From positions 352,001 to 416,000 of the forward strand of contig CANJVR010000002.1 in assembly GCA_947478395.1 (NCBI GenBank): a stretch of 64,000 nt of DNA, written 5' to 3'. The position numbers were made by a program, and so were the translations under genes. Below the pieces are notes generated by a model. That model had not been told where the DNA came from, searched no databases, and was given only the letters and a program-made list of their open reading frames with translations. The DNA is from Opitutia bacterium (GTDB taxonomy: Bacteria > Verrucomicrobiota > Verrucomicrobiia > Opitutales > Opitutaceae). Numbering within the stretch: position 1 is the first letter of the stretch; each line of letters opens with the position of its first letter. Below are positions 36,980 through 46,072 of the stretch, one piece after another.

Positions 36980-37054
36980 GCGGGCGTAGTATACTGGCTA
37001 TTATGTGTGCTTCCCAAGCATGAGAAGCGGGTTCGATTCCCGCCGCCCGCACCA
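36980..37054 (+). tRNA. tRNA-Gly(CCC)
   Basis: GCGGGCG/CGCCCGC acceptor stem, anticodon loop TTCCCAA, GGTTCGATTCC T-arm and encoded CCA. Confidence 0.95.
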
Positions 37055-37220
37055 TTTTTATGACTCATCGGGTCCGGCGTGTGACCGGCGATGAGAGCTC
37101 GGGCAATTGCGCTGGCCGTCGGCCAGCCTAGGCGGCTCCGCCGATCGGGAAAACGGGTTGATTTAAACGTTTCATGGATTGCATGAAATCGATGAATGCT
37201 TCTCATGGGGCTCCCTTTTT

Positions 37221-38720
37221 ATGATTCGAGCCCCCTTTTTATCGCCCCGTTTTTTTATCGCCCTCGGCCTTTTTCTCGCCGGCGCCTTTTACGCCGTCGG
37301 GCAGCCTCCGGCCAATGCGGCCGCCCCCAAAGCTACGGTCGAGCAACGCCTGGCGAGTCTTGAGGCGTACATGACCAATGCCGATCCGGCGGCGGCTTTG
37401 AAGGACACGAGCGGCCGGGTACCCGCCGGTCTCACGACCCCGGAAGTGGGAATACCCGGACCAGCCCATAACACCTGGATGATGGTGAGCGCGGCGTTAG
37501 TGCTGTTCATGACGCTACCTGGTCTCGGCTTGTTCTATGGCGGACTCGTGCGAACCAAGAACGTGCTCTCGGTCATGGCCTGGTGCCTTGGCATCGTGAG
37601 CCTGGTCACCGTCCTCTGGTGGGCGGTGGGTTACAGCTTGGTGTTTGGGAAAAGTTTTCAGAGCGCATACCTCGGGGGCTCGGAGTTTTTCTTTTTGCGC
37701 GGGGTGACCTCGGCGCCGAATCCCGACTATTCCTTCTGGGTTTCGCATAATGTCTTTGCGATGTACCAGCTGGCCTTTGCCATCATTACGCCAGCGGTGG
37801 CGATTGGCTCGATCGTCGAGCGCGTGAAGTTCTCGGCCGTGCTGGTGATCGTATCGCTCTGGTTGCTCGTCGTGTATTGTCCGCTGGCTCACATGGTGTG
37901 GGGCAGCAACGGCCTCATGAATGGCGTGTTCAATACCGCGGCCACGATTAAGGCGATCGACTTCGCGGGCGGTATGGTGGTCGAGATGGCCTCGGGCTAC
38001 TCTGCCCTGGTGCTCTGCCTTATCGTTGGGCCGCGTCACGGCCATGGCCGGACGCCGATGCCGCCGCATAGCTTGGTGCTCTGCGTGGTTGGCACCGGGC
38101 TCCTGTGGGTCGGCTGGTATGGGTTTAACGCCGGTTCGGCGATTGCCGCCGATGGCATCGCAGCCAACGCGTTTATGACGACCACTCTGGCGGCGGCGGT
38201 CGCGGCCGGGGCGTGGGCGCTGCTGGAGCGCATCGTGCGGGGCAAGGCAAGTGTACTTGGTTTTTGCTCGGGCGCCGTGGCGGGTCTGGTCGCGATCACA
38301 CCGGCCTGCGGGTTTGTGGATGCGACCGGCTCGCTCGTCGTCGGCGTACTGGGCGGGGCGGTTTCGTACATCGCCTGCACCAAGATTAAGTCCATGTTCC
38401 GCTACGACGACGCGCTCGACGTCTTCGGAGTGCATGGGGTCGGCGGTACGGTCGGTCTTTTGCTCACGGGTTTGTTTGCCACCCCCGCAGTGAATGCAAA
38501 TTTGAAGATCAATCTTGGCGGAGTCGTCGGCCAGTCCCTTTGGTTCGAGCAACTGAAAGGCATCGGGCTGACGCTGATCTGGGCGGTGTGCGGGACCTTG
38601 CTGGTTACCGGGGTGGTGAAGGCGTTGATGGAACTTCGGCCGACCCTCGAAGAGGAACAAAAAGGTTTGGATATCTCAGACCACGGCGAGGAAGGCTATA
38701 TCTTCGAGCCCAAGTCCTGA
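37221..38720 (+). CDS. amtB: Ammonium transporter (Amt family), first twin-His replaced by Glu
   Basis: LFYGGLVRTKN, FAIITPA, DFAGG, WYGFNAGS, GLVAITP and DDALDVFGVHGVGG motifs. Confidence 0.96.
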   Translation: MIRAPFLSPRFFIALGLFLAGAFYAVGQPPANAAAPKATVEQRLASLEAYMTNADPAAALKDTSGRVPAGLTTPEVGIPGPAHNTWMMVSAALVLFMTLPGLGLFYGGLVRTKNVLSVMAWCLGIVSLVTVLWWAVGYSLVFGKSFQSAYLGGSEFFFLRGVTSAPNPDYSFWVSHNVFAMYQLAFAIITPAVAIGSIVERVKFSAVLVIVSLWLLVVYCPLAHMVWGSNGLMNGVFNTAATIKAIDFAGGMVVEMASGYSALVLCLIVGPRHGHGRTPMPPHSLVLCVVGTGLLWVGWYGFNAGSAIAADGIAANAFMTTTLAAAVAAGAWALLERIVRGKASVLGFCSGAVAGLVAITPACGFVDATGSLVVGVLGGAVSYIACTKIKSMFRYDDALDVFGVHGVGGTVGLLLTGLFATPAVNANLKINLGGVVGQSLWFEQLKGIGLTLIWAVCGTLLVTGVVKALMELRPTLEEEQKGLDISDHGEEGYIFEPKS

Positions 38721-38887
38721 TGTTGTTCAAAAAATAACCTTGGACCCGAAATGATATTCGGGCGCTGATTCGGGTCGCAGCCCGAACGTGTTCCCCGAGG
38801 TTTCTCGCTCTCGGGACTTGGCTCAACGCGCGTGTTCGTCCGAGCGGTTGGACAGACTTTCGCGGGGGAAGAAACGGCACCTTTGTT

Positions 38888-38935
38888 GGAGCCGGTCTCG
38901 GCTGACACCGGGCCTGGCTCAACGATCCCGGCTAC
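38888..38935. repeat. Inverted REP doublet
   Basis: GGAGCCGGTCTCGGCTGACACCGG-G-CCTGGCTCAACGATCCCGGCTAC; the right unit reads GTAGCCGGGATCGTTGAGCCAGG on the minus strand. Confidence 0.7.
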
Positions 38936-39293
38936 AGAGCCCTGACTTTTCTTCGCATCACGGAAGCTATGTTTGTACTCGCGGTGCTGCCCCGGGGAGC
39001 GACTCGGCACAAGTGATCGGGCCTGATGGCGGTTCCCGAGTAGCAGCCGTGGCGCCGCGCCTTCAGCCCGTGAGCGTTCAGGGGCAGATCGTTCGCGAGG
39101 TCACGCGTTGACTTCCGCGGCATTCCTAAACACCCCTTTTTTCGGTCTTCGACTACCCCGCAATCGTGACCCAGCTCGAGCGTTGTACTGTCTGCTCCGC
39201 GGCCCCAAACGCCTTCTCTTCGCCCCTTCCCCCTGTCCTCCCCCACCTGAAATAAAACGGTTTTCGCACCACCCGGGCCCGCGATTCGCACCC

Positions 39294-40637
39294 ATGACCA
39301 CCCTCAAAAAATATCCGAAGGCTCCGTATGTTGCGACCCGGGAGGCGATGGATCGCCGTCATTTTCTGCGATCCGCCGGCGTGGCGCTCTCCCTGCCGTT
39401 TCTCAATTCAATGCTGCGGCCCTTCGCCCGGGCCGCGGAGGCGTCGCCGCTGGGAACGAGCGAAGCGCCTCGTCGTATGTTTGGCATATGTAACAACCTC
39501 GGCCTGCTGCACGAAAACTTTTTCCCCACGGGTGCTGGCCGCGACTACGTGGCCTCGCCTTATCTCAAATTGCTGGATGCGCACCGCAAGGATTTCACGG
39601 TTTTTACCGGTGTGTCTCACCCCAATGTCGATAGCGGCCACCCGGCGGACGTTTGCTTTTTAACCGCGGCGCCTCATCCGGGCGGTGGCGGATTCCGCAA
39701 CACCATCTCGCTCGATCAATTGATCGCCGAGCGAGTCGGGACCCTCACGCGCTTTCCCTCGCTGACGCTCGCCGTCAACAGTCGGGCCCGCAGCCTCTCG
39801 TTCACCGGCACCGGAGTCGCCATTCCTCCGCAGGACAAGGCAGCGGAAGTCTACCAACAATTATTTTTCCAAGGGACCGAAGCCCAGATCGCGGCGCAAA
39901 TCACGGAACTGGACAACGGCCGCAGCATCCTCGACGCGGTCGCCGCTCAAGCCCGGGATCTCCAGAAAAATTTGGGGTCCGAGGATCGCGACCGGGTGGA
40001 ACAATATTTCACGAGCGTGCGCGATTTGGAAAACCGCCTTCAAGCTTCGAAGGGCTGGGAGCGAAAACCGCGTCCGGTCGTGAGCGCGCCTGCGCCCGTG
40101 GATCCGCAGACCCCCGCCCAGTACATGGAAAAAGTAAAAGTCATGTACGATCTGGCGATGCTCGCGTTCCAGACCGACTCGACCCGCTCGATCACGTTGA
40201 TGTTGGACAGCGTGTCCACGCCCGTCGTCGAAGGCATCCCCGGAGTCGCCATCACCGACACTTACCACAACTTATCCCACCACGGGAAAGACGAGGACAA
40301 GCTGGGCCAGTTGAAGGCGCTGGATCTCGGCCACATGAAATTGTTGGACCGGTTGTATTCGAATTTCAAAGGCGTGGCGGAAAACGGGGGCAACCTGCTC
40401 GATCGCACGATGGTGCTCTACGGTTCGAATTTCGGCGATGCGAACCAGCACGTGAACGTCAACATGCCGATCGTCTTTGCCGGCGGCGGATTCAAGCACG
40501 GGCAGCACCTCGTGTTCGACAAGGAACGAAACTATCCGCTGCCGAATTTATTTGTTTCGATGCTGCACCGGCTCGGCATGGAGCAAGATCGTTTCGCCTC
40601 ATCGACCGGCAGTATGCGCGGGCTCGATCTGATTTGA
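39294..40637 (+). CDS. DUF1552 domain protein (Tat-like signal)
   Basis: DRRHFLRSAGVALSLPFL, ISLDQ, SILD, LAFQTDSTR, HNLSHH, LLDRT.VLYGS and NLFVSML. Confidence 0.9.
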   Translation: MTTLKKYPKAPYVATREAMDRRHFLRSAGVALSLPFLNSMLRPFARAAEASPLGTSEAPRRMFGICNNLGLLHENFFPTGAGRDYVASPYLKLLDAHRKDFTVFTGVSHPNVDSGHPADVCFLTAAPHPGGGGFRNTISLDQLIAERVGTLTRFPSLTLAVNSRARSLSFTGTGVAIPPQDKAAEVYQQLFFQGTEAQIAAQITELDNGRSILDAVAAQARDLQKNLGSEDRDRVEQYFTSVRDLENRLQASKGWERKPRPVVSAPAPVDPQTPAQYMEKVKVMYDLAMLAFQTDSTRSITLMLDSVSTPVVEGIPGVAITDTYHNLSHHGKDEDKLGQLKALDLGHMKLLDRLYSNFKGVAENGGNLLDRTMVLYGSNFGDANQHVNVNMPIVFAGGGFKHGQHLVFDKERNYPLPNLFVSMLHRLGMEQDRFASSTGSMRGLDLI

Positions 40638-40663
40638 AGACCAGCCGCAGCCGAATTTTTTTT

Positions 40664-43432
40664 ATGGCCCGCCTTCGCGTTCCGTCCCCGCACCTCCGGC
40701 CGCCCGGGCTTCTTCGTTGGTTCGCAGCGAAAATGCCGGTCGGTATGTTACTGGCGCTCGCCGCCGGAGCTTCCGCTCCGCTGCGCGCGGCCGAGTTGGC
40801 GAAGCCGATCGCCGATTTCACTGAGCAATATTGCGCGAGCTGTCACAACGGCGCGGACAAGGCCGGCGGACTGGATCTCGACGCGTTGAAATTTTCTCCG
40901 GCAGACAACACCAATTTTCTCACGTGGGTAAAAATTCACGATCGGGTCGTCGCGGGCGAAATGCCGCCGAAAGAGGAGAAGCGCCCGGACCAGCTCGCCC
41001 TGCGGGCGTTTACGACAGAGCTGAAATCTTCCCTCATCCAGCACGAGCAAGCCGCGATCGCGCGGAGCGGCCGGTCGGTCCTGCGCCGACTAAACCGGTC
41101 GGAGTACGAAAATTCCCTGCGCGATATTTTTCAGGCCCCGCTCCTTATCGTGCAAAGCCAGTTGCCGGTTGATGGAGAAGCCCATCGCTTCAACAAGGTG
41201 AGCAAAGCGCTCGAGGTGTCCTACGTACACATGAGCCGTTACATGGAGGCCGCCGACTATGCGATGCGCGAGGTCATGGCGGAGCAACTGCTCCGTCCGC
41301 CCACCGCATCGCGGCGTTACTACGCGCGCGATCAGGCTTCGATGGTCGTATTTTGGAATAACCTGAACAATCCCTCCGCGCCGCGACATACCTTTCCGGT
41401 TCTCGACCAAACCGGCCAGCCAGAGGTTCTCGCGAAGACGGCGCCGATCACTGTTGGCGCCACCAACCCGGAACTCCGCGAACGGGAAGCGGTGGGCATG
41501 ATCTCGAGCGAATACGAGGGCTTTGTTTACAGCTTCGACGAGTTTCGCGCGCCCACCACCGGCCGTTACCGGGTCAAGTTCAGCGGACTGACGGTCTGGG
41601 TCGGGACCGGCGGTCACCGGACAATTTACGAGGGACTGGACCGGGTCGGCACCATCGACGAGCCCTATTGGTTTTTCGGCAAAGGCTCGGACGTCTCTGA
41701 GGGAAGGCGTAACGAATCGATCAATGTTTATACCAAGCGCGGACCGTTGAGTGGCCGCCGGGTGGGTGGTTTCGACGTGAAGCCCGAAGCATCCGTGAGC
41801 GATCTCGGCGAAGTCTGGCTTTACGCCACCGAATCGCTGTCGCCCAACGCCACGCGCTTTTATCGCTCTCGTCCGACCGGCCACAACTGGCCCTACAATC
41901 ATACGAATCCGTGGGCGCAAAAAGATGGTCAGCCCGGCGTCGCGTTTCGCTGGATGGAAGTCGAGGGACCGCTCTACGACGAATCCGCCGGCGCAGGTTA
42001 CCGCCTGCTCTTCGGCGATCTGCCCCTGCAACGAGTGGAATCTGAAGCCGGTGCGGTCGCGTTGTCGGTGGCGGCGGCGGGCAATGGCCGCGGCGGACGG
42101 GGCGGTGGTGCGCCACTCACAAAGGTCAACGTGGACGTCGTCTCGACCGATCCCGCGCGCGACGCCGAGCGTTTGTTGCGGGCTTTCATGCAACGCGTGT
42201 ATCGCACGCCGGTGAAAGAGAGCGACGTCGCCCTCTTTCTGGAAGTTATCCAGCAACGTCGCGCGGCGGGGCTCGGATTTGCCAAGGCCATGTTGGTGGG
42301 TTACGCAGCGGTACTGGCGTCTCCCCAATTCATTTTCGTCGAGGAGCCCGTGGGTCGACTCGACGACATGGCGTTGGCGACGCGCCTGGCGCTTTACCTG
42401 TGGAACTCGGAACCGGATCCCGCGCTGCGCGCCCGCGCCGCGCGGGGCGAGCTGCAGCGTCCAGAGGTGTTGCGCGCCGAGACCGAGCGCATGCTGCGCG
42501 ACCCCAAGTCGGATCGCTTCGTCGAAGCGTTTTTAGACTACTGGCTCGATCTCCGGAAAATTGCCGACACCACACCGTCGGCCGTTCTCTACAACGACTA
42601 CACGCTCGACGATGCTCTGACGGAAGCAGCGGTCGATGAAACCCGCTTGTATTTCGCGGAACAGCTGCGGGCCAATCTGCCGGTGCGGACGATCGTGGAC
42701 TCGGATTTCACTTACGTGAACGAGCGGTTGGCTGAGCACTATCAACTGCCGTCGGTCGACGGCGTGAAAATGCGCCGGGTGCAATTGCCGCCTGGAAACG
42801 TCCGCGGGGGATTCATGACCCAAGCCAGCGTCCTCAAGGTGACGGCGAACGGCACGACGACTTCGCCTGTGCTGCGCGGAAAATGGATTATGGAGCGGAT
42901 CGTAGGCTACGAGATCCCGCCTCCGCCGGCGTCGGTCCCGGCGGTGGAGCCGGACACGCGGGGCGCCGTGACGATTCGTCAGCAGCTCGACAAACATCGG
43001 GCGGATGCCAGCTGCGCCATGTGCCATCGGAAGATCGATCCGCCGGGATTTGCCTTGGAAAGTTTTGATGTGATGGGCGCGTGGCGCGAAAATTACCGGG
43101 CGGCGGCGCCCGGGGGTGGCGAAATCGGATTCGGCAAGGACGGCTGGCCTTTTCAATTTCGCTACGCCCTGCCGGTGGATTCCGCGGGCGAACTGTCGCC
43201 CGGGCACAGTTTCAAGGATGTGCGGGGACTCAAGCAGCTGCTGCTGGCCGATGAGGATCAGATTGCGCGCAACTTCGTTCGCCAGCTTACCGTTTTTGCG
43301 ACCGGTGCGCCCGTCGGATTTAGCGATCGGGAAAAGATTGAAGCCATCCTGCGCAAAACCAAAGCCGGCGGCTACGGCATCAGAAGCCTCGTGAGCGAAA
43401 TCGTCCAAAGTGAACTGTTCCTCAACAAATAA
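40664..43432 (+). CDS. DUF1592/1588/1587/1585/1595 protein with cytochrome c-type CxxCH motifs
   Basis: CASCH, GEMPP, LRRLNRSEYEN, LATRLALYLWNS.PD, TSPVLRGKWI and CAMCHRKIDPPGFALESFD. Start set at ATG 40664. Confidence 0.9.
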   Translation: MARLRVPSPHLRPPGLLRWFAAKMPVGMLLALAAGASAPLRAAELAKPIADFTEQYCASCHNGADKAGGLDLDALKFSPADNTNFLTWVKIHDRVVAGEMPPKEEKRPDQLALRAFTTELKSSLIQHEQAAIARSGRSVLRRLNRSEYENSLRDIFQAPLLIVQSQLPVDGEAHRFNKVSKALEVSYVHMSRYMEAADYAMREVMAEQLLRPPTASRRYYARDQASMVVFWNNLNNPSAPRHTFPVLDQTGQPEVLAKTAPITVGATNPELREREAVGMISSEYEGFVYSFDEFRAPTTGRYRVKFSGLTVWVGTGGHRTIYEGLDRVGTIDEPYWFFGKGSDVSEGRRNESINVYTKRGPLSGRRVGGFDVKPEASVSDLGEVWLYATESLSPNATRFYRSRPTGHNWPYNHTNPWAQKDGQPGVAFRWMEVEGPLYDESAGAGYRLLFGDLPLQRVESEAGAVALSVAAAGNGRGGRGGGAPLTKVNVDVVSTDPARDAERLLRAFMQRVYRTPVKESDVALFLEVIQQRRAAGLGFAKAMLVGYAAVLASPQFIFVEEPVGRLDDMALATRLALYLWNSEPDPALRARAARGELQRPEVLRAETERMLRDPKSDRFVEAFLDYWLDLRKIADTTPSAVLYNDYTLDDALTEAAVDETRLYFAEQLRANLPVRTIVDSDFTYVNERLAEHYQLPSVDGVKMRRVQLPPGNVRGGFMTQASVLKVTANGTTTSPVLRGKWIMERIVGYEIPPPPASVPAVEPDTRGAVTIRQQLDKHRADASCAMCHRKIDPPGFALESFDVMGAWRENYRAAAPGGGEIGFGKDGWPFQFRYALPVDSAGELSPGHSFKDVRGLKQLLLADEDQIARNFVRQLTVFATGAPVGFSDREKIEAILRKTKAGGYGIRSLVSEIVQSELFLNK

Positions 43433-43459
43433 TACGGAACGCCCCAAGAGCTTCCTTAC

Positions 43460-43523
43460 TTTAACCGCGGATGCCGCGGATACGCCTTCCCCACCCGTGC
43501 CATCCGTGAAATCCGTGGTTAAA
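43460..43523. repeat. Palindromic element built from 9-bp CACGGAT/ATCCGTG units
   Basis: TTTAACCGCGGATGCCGCGGAT...GCCATCCGTGAAATCCGTGGTTAAA; terminal arms match at 12 of 13 positions. Confidence 0.8.
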
Positions 43524-43538
43524 CAAGCTCTGCAGCTC

Positions 43539-43910
43539 GTGCAAAGAAAACGATTTCTCCCTCTGCTCGTGATGGGGTGGATCCTTTGCGCTGCGCCGCT
43601 CTCGGCGGCGGACGCCGCGACTCCAGGTGCAAAGCCGGCTTTCACCGCCGAGCAAGTGACGGCGCTTGAAACGTTGCGGCGCGAACTAGCCCGGCTCGAT
43701 CCGATGTTGGAAAAGGTCACCGAACCGGACCACAAGGCCTGGGTGAAATCCAAGGTGGAAAAATTAAAGGCCCGTTTTCAGGAGCTGGAGAAAACCGCCT
43801 TCGACCAAACAAAATTCGACGAGCTGCGCTTTGACCTGAACATCGAATATCAACGCCTCGCCGTCTGGCTGAGGCCAGCGGCGATTCCCGCCCGCTCCAA
43901 AGCGAAATAA
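43539..43910 (+). CDS. Secreted helical hypothetical protein
   Basis: Signal peptide (RKRFLPLLVMGWILCAAPLSA) followed by amphipathic helices. Start uncertain. Confidence 0.6.
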   Translation: MQRKRFLPLLVMGWILCAAPLSAADAATPGAKPAFTAEQVTALETLRRELARLDPMLEKVTEPDHKAWVKSKVEKLKARFQELEKTAFDQTKFDELRFDLNIEYQRLAVWLRPAAIPARSKAK

Positions 43911-44104
43911 ATATCCAGCCGAGAAACGGCATTCTCGCACCAGATATTTCAAACCCAAGTCTGGGGCAACGCGCGTTGACGTGACCGCCTAAAACGAAGC
44001 CGGGCAGCTTTTAGTCTGGGCAACCAGAAAGGAGACTCAGCAGGAACGGCGAACGACATACCTGCACCAGTTTCGCAGCTCAGCACCGCGCTATCCCTGC
44101 GGAG

Positions 44105-44701
44105 TCACTGGTAGTCGCGCCGTCCATCGAGTGCACTCTTGAGTGTCACGGAGTCCGCGTAGAGCACCCCGCCGCCACTGGGTAGGCCGAAACCGATGCG
44201 GGTGACTTTCAAGCCGGCGGGCACCGCCAGCGTTTCCGTCAAATAGTGACACGTCGCTTCTCCCTCCACGTCGTTGGACAACGCCAGGATCAATTCGCGC
44301 ACGTCACCCGCCGCGATTCGCGCTTGCAGCGCCGCGAGGTTCAAATCGTCCGGGCCGACCCCGTGAATCGGCGAGAGCTTCCCGTGCAGCACATGGTAAC
44401 CGCCCCGAAATGCCGCGCTCCGCTCGATCGCCACCAGGTCCGGCACTTGCTCGACCACGCACACCACGCCGTTTGCGCGTCGCTCATCGGCGCAGATCGC
44501 ACACTGCTCGCCTTCGGCCAGATTGCCGCACTTCGTGCATCGCCGCACGGTTCGCGCGGCTTCCTCCAATGCCAAGACCAGCGCGGGCAAACGCGCCGGT
44601 TTTTCCACGAGCAGATGCAAAGCGATCCTCTCGGCCGAGCGGTAACCCAGTCCCGGCAATTGCTTGAGGTGCTGCTGCAATTTTTCGAAAGCGGGCGTCA
44701 T
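44105..44701 (-). CDS. recR: Recombination mediator RecR
   Basis: LPGLG..SAER, C4 zinc finger and Toprim YHVLHG.LSP / VEGEAT motifs. Confidence 0.97.
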   Translation of the reverse strand: MTPAFEKLQQHLKQLPGLGYRSAERIALHLLVEKPARLPALVLALEEAARTVRRCTKCGNLAEGEQCAICADERRANGVVCVVEQVPDLVAIERSAAFRGGYHVLHGKLSPIHGVGPDDLNLAALQARIAAGDVRELILALSNDVEGEATCHYLTETLAVPAGLKVTRIGFGLPSGGGVLYADSVTLKSALDGRRDYQ

Positions 44702-44712
44702 GCTACTTTCGT

Positions 44713-44789
44713 TTTTCGATTTTTGAATTTCGATTCCCGATCCCGGGCTTCACGTGCGCCGAAATCAAAAATCGTGAATCTAAAATAGG
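44713..44789. repeat. Inverted pair of 7-bp tandem tracts between ybaB and recR
   Basis: ttttcga-tttttga-atttcga-ttcccga ... aaatcaa-aaatcgt-gaatcta-aaatagg. Confidence 0.75.
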
Positions 44790-44797
44790 AAAACCGG

Positions 44798-45106
44798 TCA
44801 CATCATTCCGGGCATTTGAAACGCCGAAGTCACTTTCTGCATCTCCGCGTCGTTGTATTCCTTGGCCTGCTTTGCGGCATCCTGCGCTGCGGCCAAAACC
44901 GTTTCCGCGACGAGCTTGGCGTCTTCCTTGAGAAACTCGGGGTCGAACGTGAACGCGAGAAACTTGCCCGTACCGTCGACCTTGACCTTCACCGCGCCGC
45001 CGCCCGCCGCGACCTCGATCTCTTTCGTCGCGAGTTGCGATTGAAGCGACTCGATCGAGCGCTGCATTTTCTGAGCTTGTTTGAGGAGTTTGCCTACGCC
45101 GGCCAT
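44798..45106 (-). CDS. ybaB: YbaB/EbfC nucleoid-associated protein
   Basis: KQAQKMQ and AGGGAVKV motifs; canonical position upstream of recR. Confidence 0.94.
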   Translation of the reverse strand: MAGVGKLLKQAQKMQRSIESLQSQLATKEIEVAAGGGAVKVKVDGTGKFLAFTFDPEFLKEDAKLVAETVLAAAQDAAKQAKEYNDAEMQKVTSAFQMPGMM

Positions 45107-45159
45107 AATGGGAAAATAAGTTAAGGGTTAATGGTTCGCGTTGAGAGACGGTTGTGCCG

Positions 45160-46053
45160 CTAAAGTGACAAGATTTTTTCGTACCCTTCCCGAAATGTGG
45201 GCGCGGACGGCAGCCACCCGGTCAGGCTCTTTAACTTGCCGTTGGCGATGATCCGATCCGGTGTCACCGCCCTCCGTCCTGCGGCCGGCCCTCCGGTGAA
45301 CTGCGGCTCTGGCACCCCCAGCCGCCCGGCGAGCCACGTCACGATTTCCATTTTTGTCGCCGCGCCGTCATCGGCCACGTTGAAAATTTCCGTCGCCGCC
45401 GTGGCGCCGAAAGCAGCCCATATAGCCGCGCAAATGTCGTCGCGGAAAATCAGATTGAGGTGGAAATCCCCCTGGCCCGCCACCTCGCCCGACTGTACCT
45501 GTTCGAGCAAATGGTGCCTTCCCGGTCCATAAATTCCGGCGAGCCGCAACACCACCCGGCGGGCGGCCGCTTCGCTTGTGCCGAGCAGCGTGTCTTCGGT
45601 CGCGAGGAGCACGCCCGGACGTTCGGCCAGCCGGTCGACTGCGGCCGTTTCATCGACGCGGATGCCACCACCCTGCGGATAAACCGACGTGCTGCTGGTG
45701 TACACGGCCGTTCCGGCGGCGCCACGAGCACGGAGCCAATCAACCATACTCGTCATGCCGTTTAAATAGCTCCGACGGTAACCTTCCGCGCCACCGCCGC
45801 CCGAGCTCACGCAGTTTAGCACGTAGTCCGGCCCGCCGGGAATCTGCGCATGCCATGTATCGGTGGCCAGATCCGCGACAACGACCTGGATACCGTCCAC
45901 GCGCAACGCGGCGGCCTTTTCTGTGTTACGGGTGAGCGCGGTGACGCGCATGCCGCGCTCCAATCCTTCCCGCGCCAAGGCGGCGCCCACGTAGCCGCAG
46001 CCGAGGACCACGAGGCGTTTTCCGGTGAATTTTCCATGGGCAAGGTCGATCAT
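45160..46053 (-). CDS. NAD-dependent epimerase/dehydratase (extended SDR)
   Basis: LGCGYVG, YTSSTSVY, LRLAGIYGPGR and FNVADD motifs. Confidence 0.88.
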   Translation of the reverse strand: MIDLAHGKFTGKRLVVLGCGYVGAALAREGLERGMRVTALTRNTEKAAALRVDGIQVVVADLATDTWHAQIPGGPDYVLNCVSSGGGGAEGYRRSYLNGMTSMVDWLRARGAAGTAVYTSSTSVYPQGGGIRVDETAAVDRLAERPGVLLATEDTLLGTSEAAARRVVLRLAGIYGPGRHHLLEQVQSGEVAGQGDFHLNLIFRDDICAAIWAAFGATAATEIFNVADDGAATKMEIVTWLAGRLGVPEPQFTGGPAAGRRAVTPDRIIANGKLKSLTGWLPSAPTFREGYEKILSL

Positions 46054-46072
46054 TCCACCCACGTTAAAAACT

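Noticed and set aside
39653..40663. 337-codon 5' extension of the 1259-aa ORF overlapping DUF1552 (possible overlapping gene or frameshift fusion)
   Set aside because: It is an Arg/Gly/Pro-rich off-frame translation typical of GC-rich DNA. DUF1552 has its own stop and the next gene has its own signal peptide.
43958..44024. Short direct repeat AGTCTGGG(G)CAAC, two copies
   Set aside because: Only two short imperfect copies; not enough to support an array or binding-site claim.
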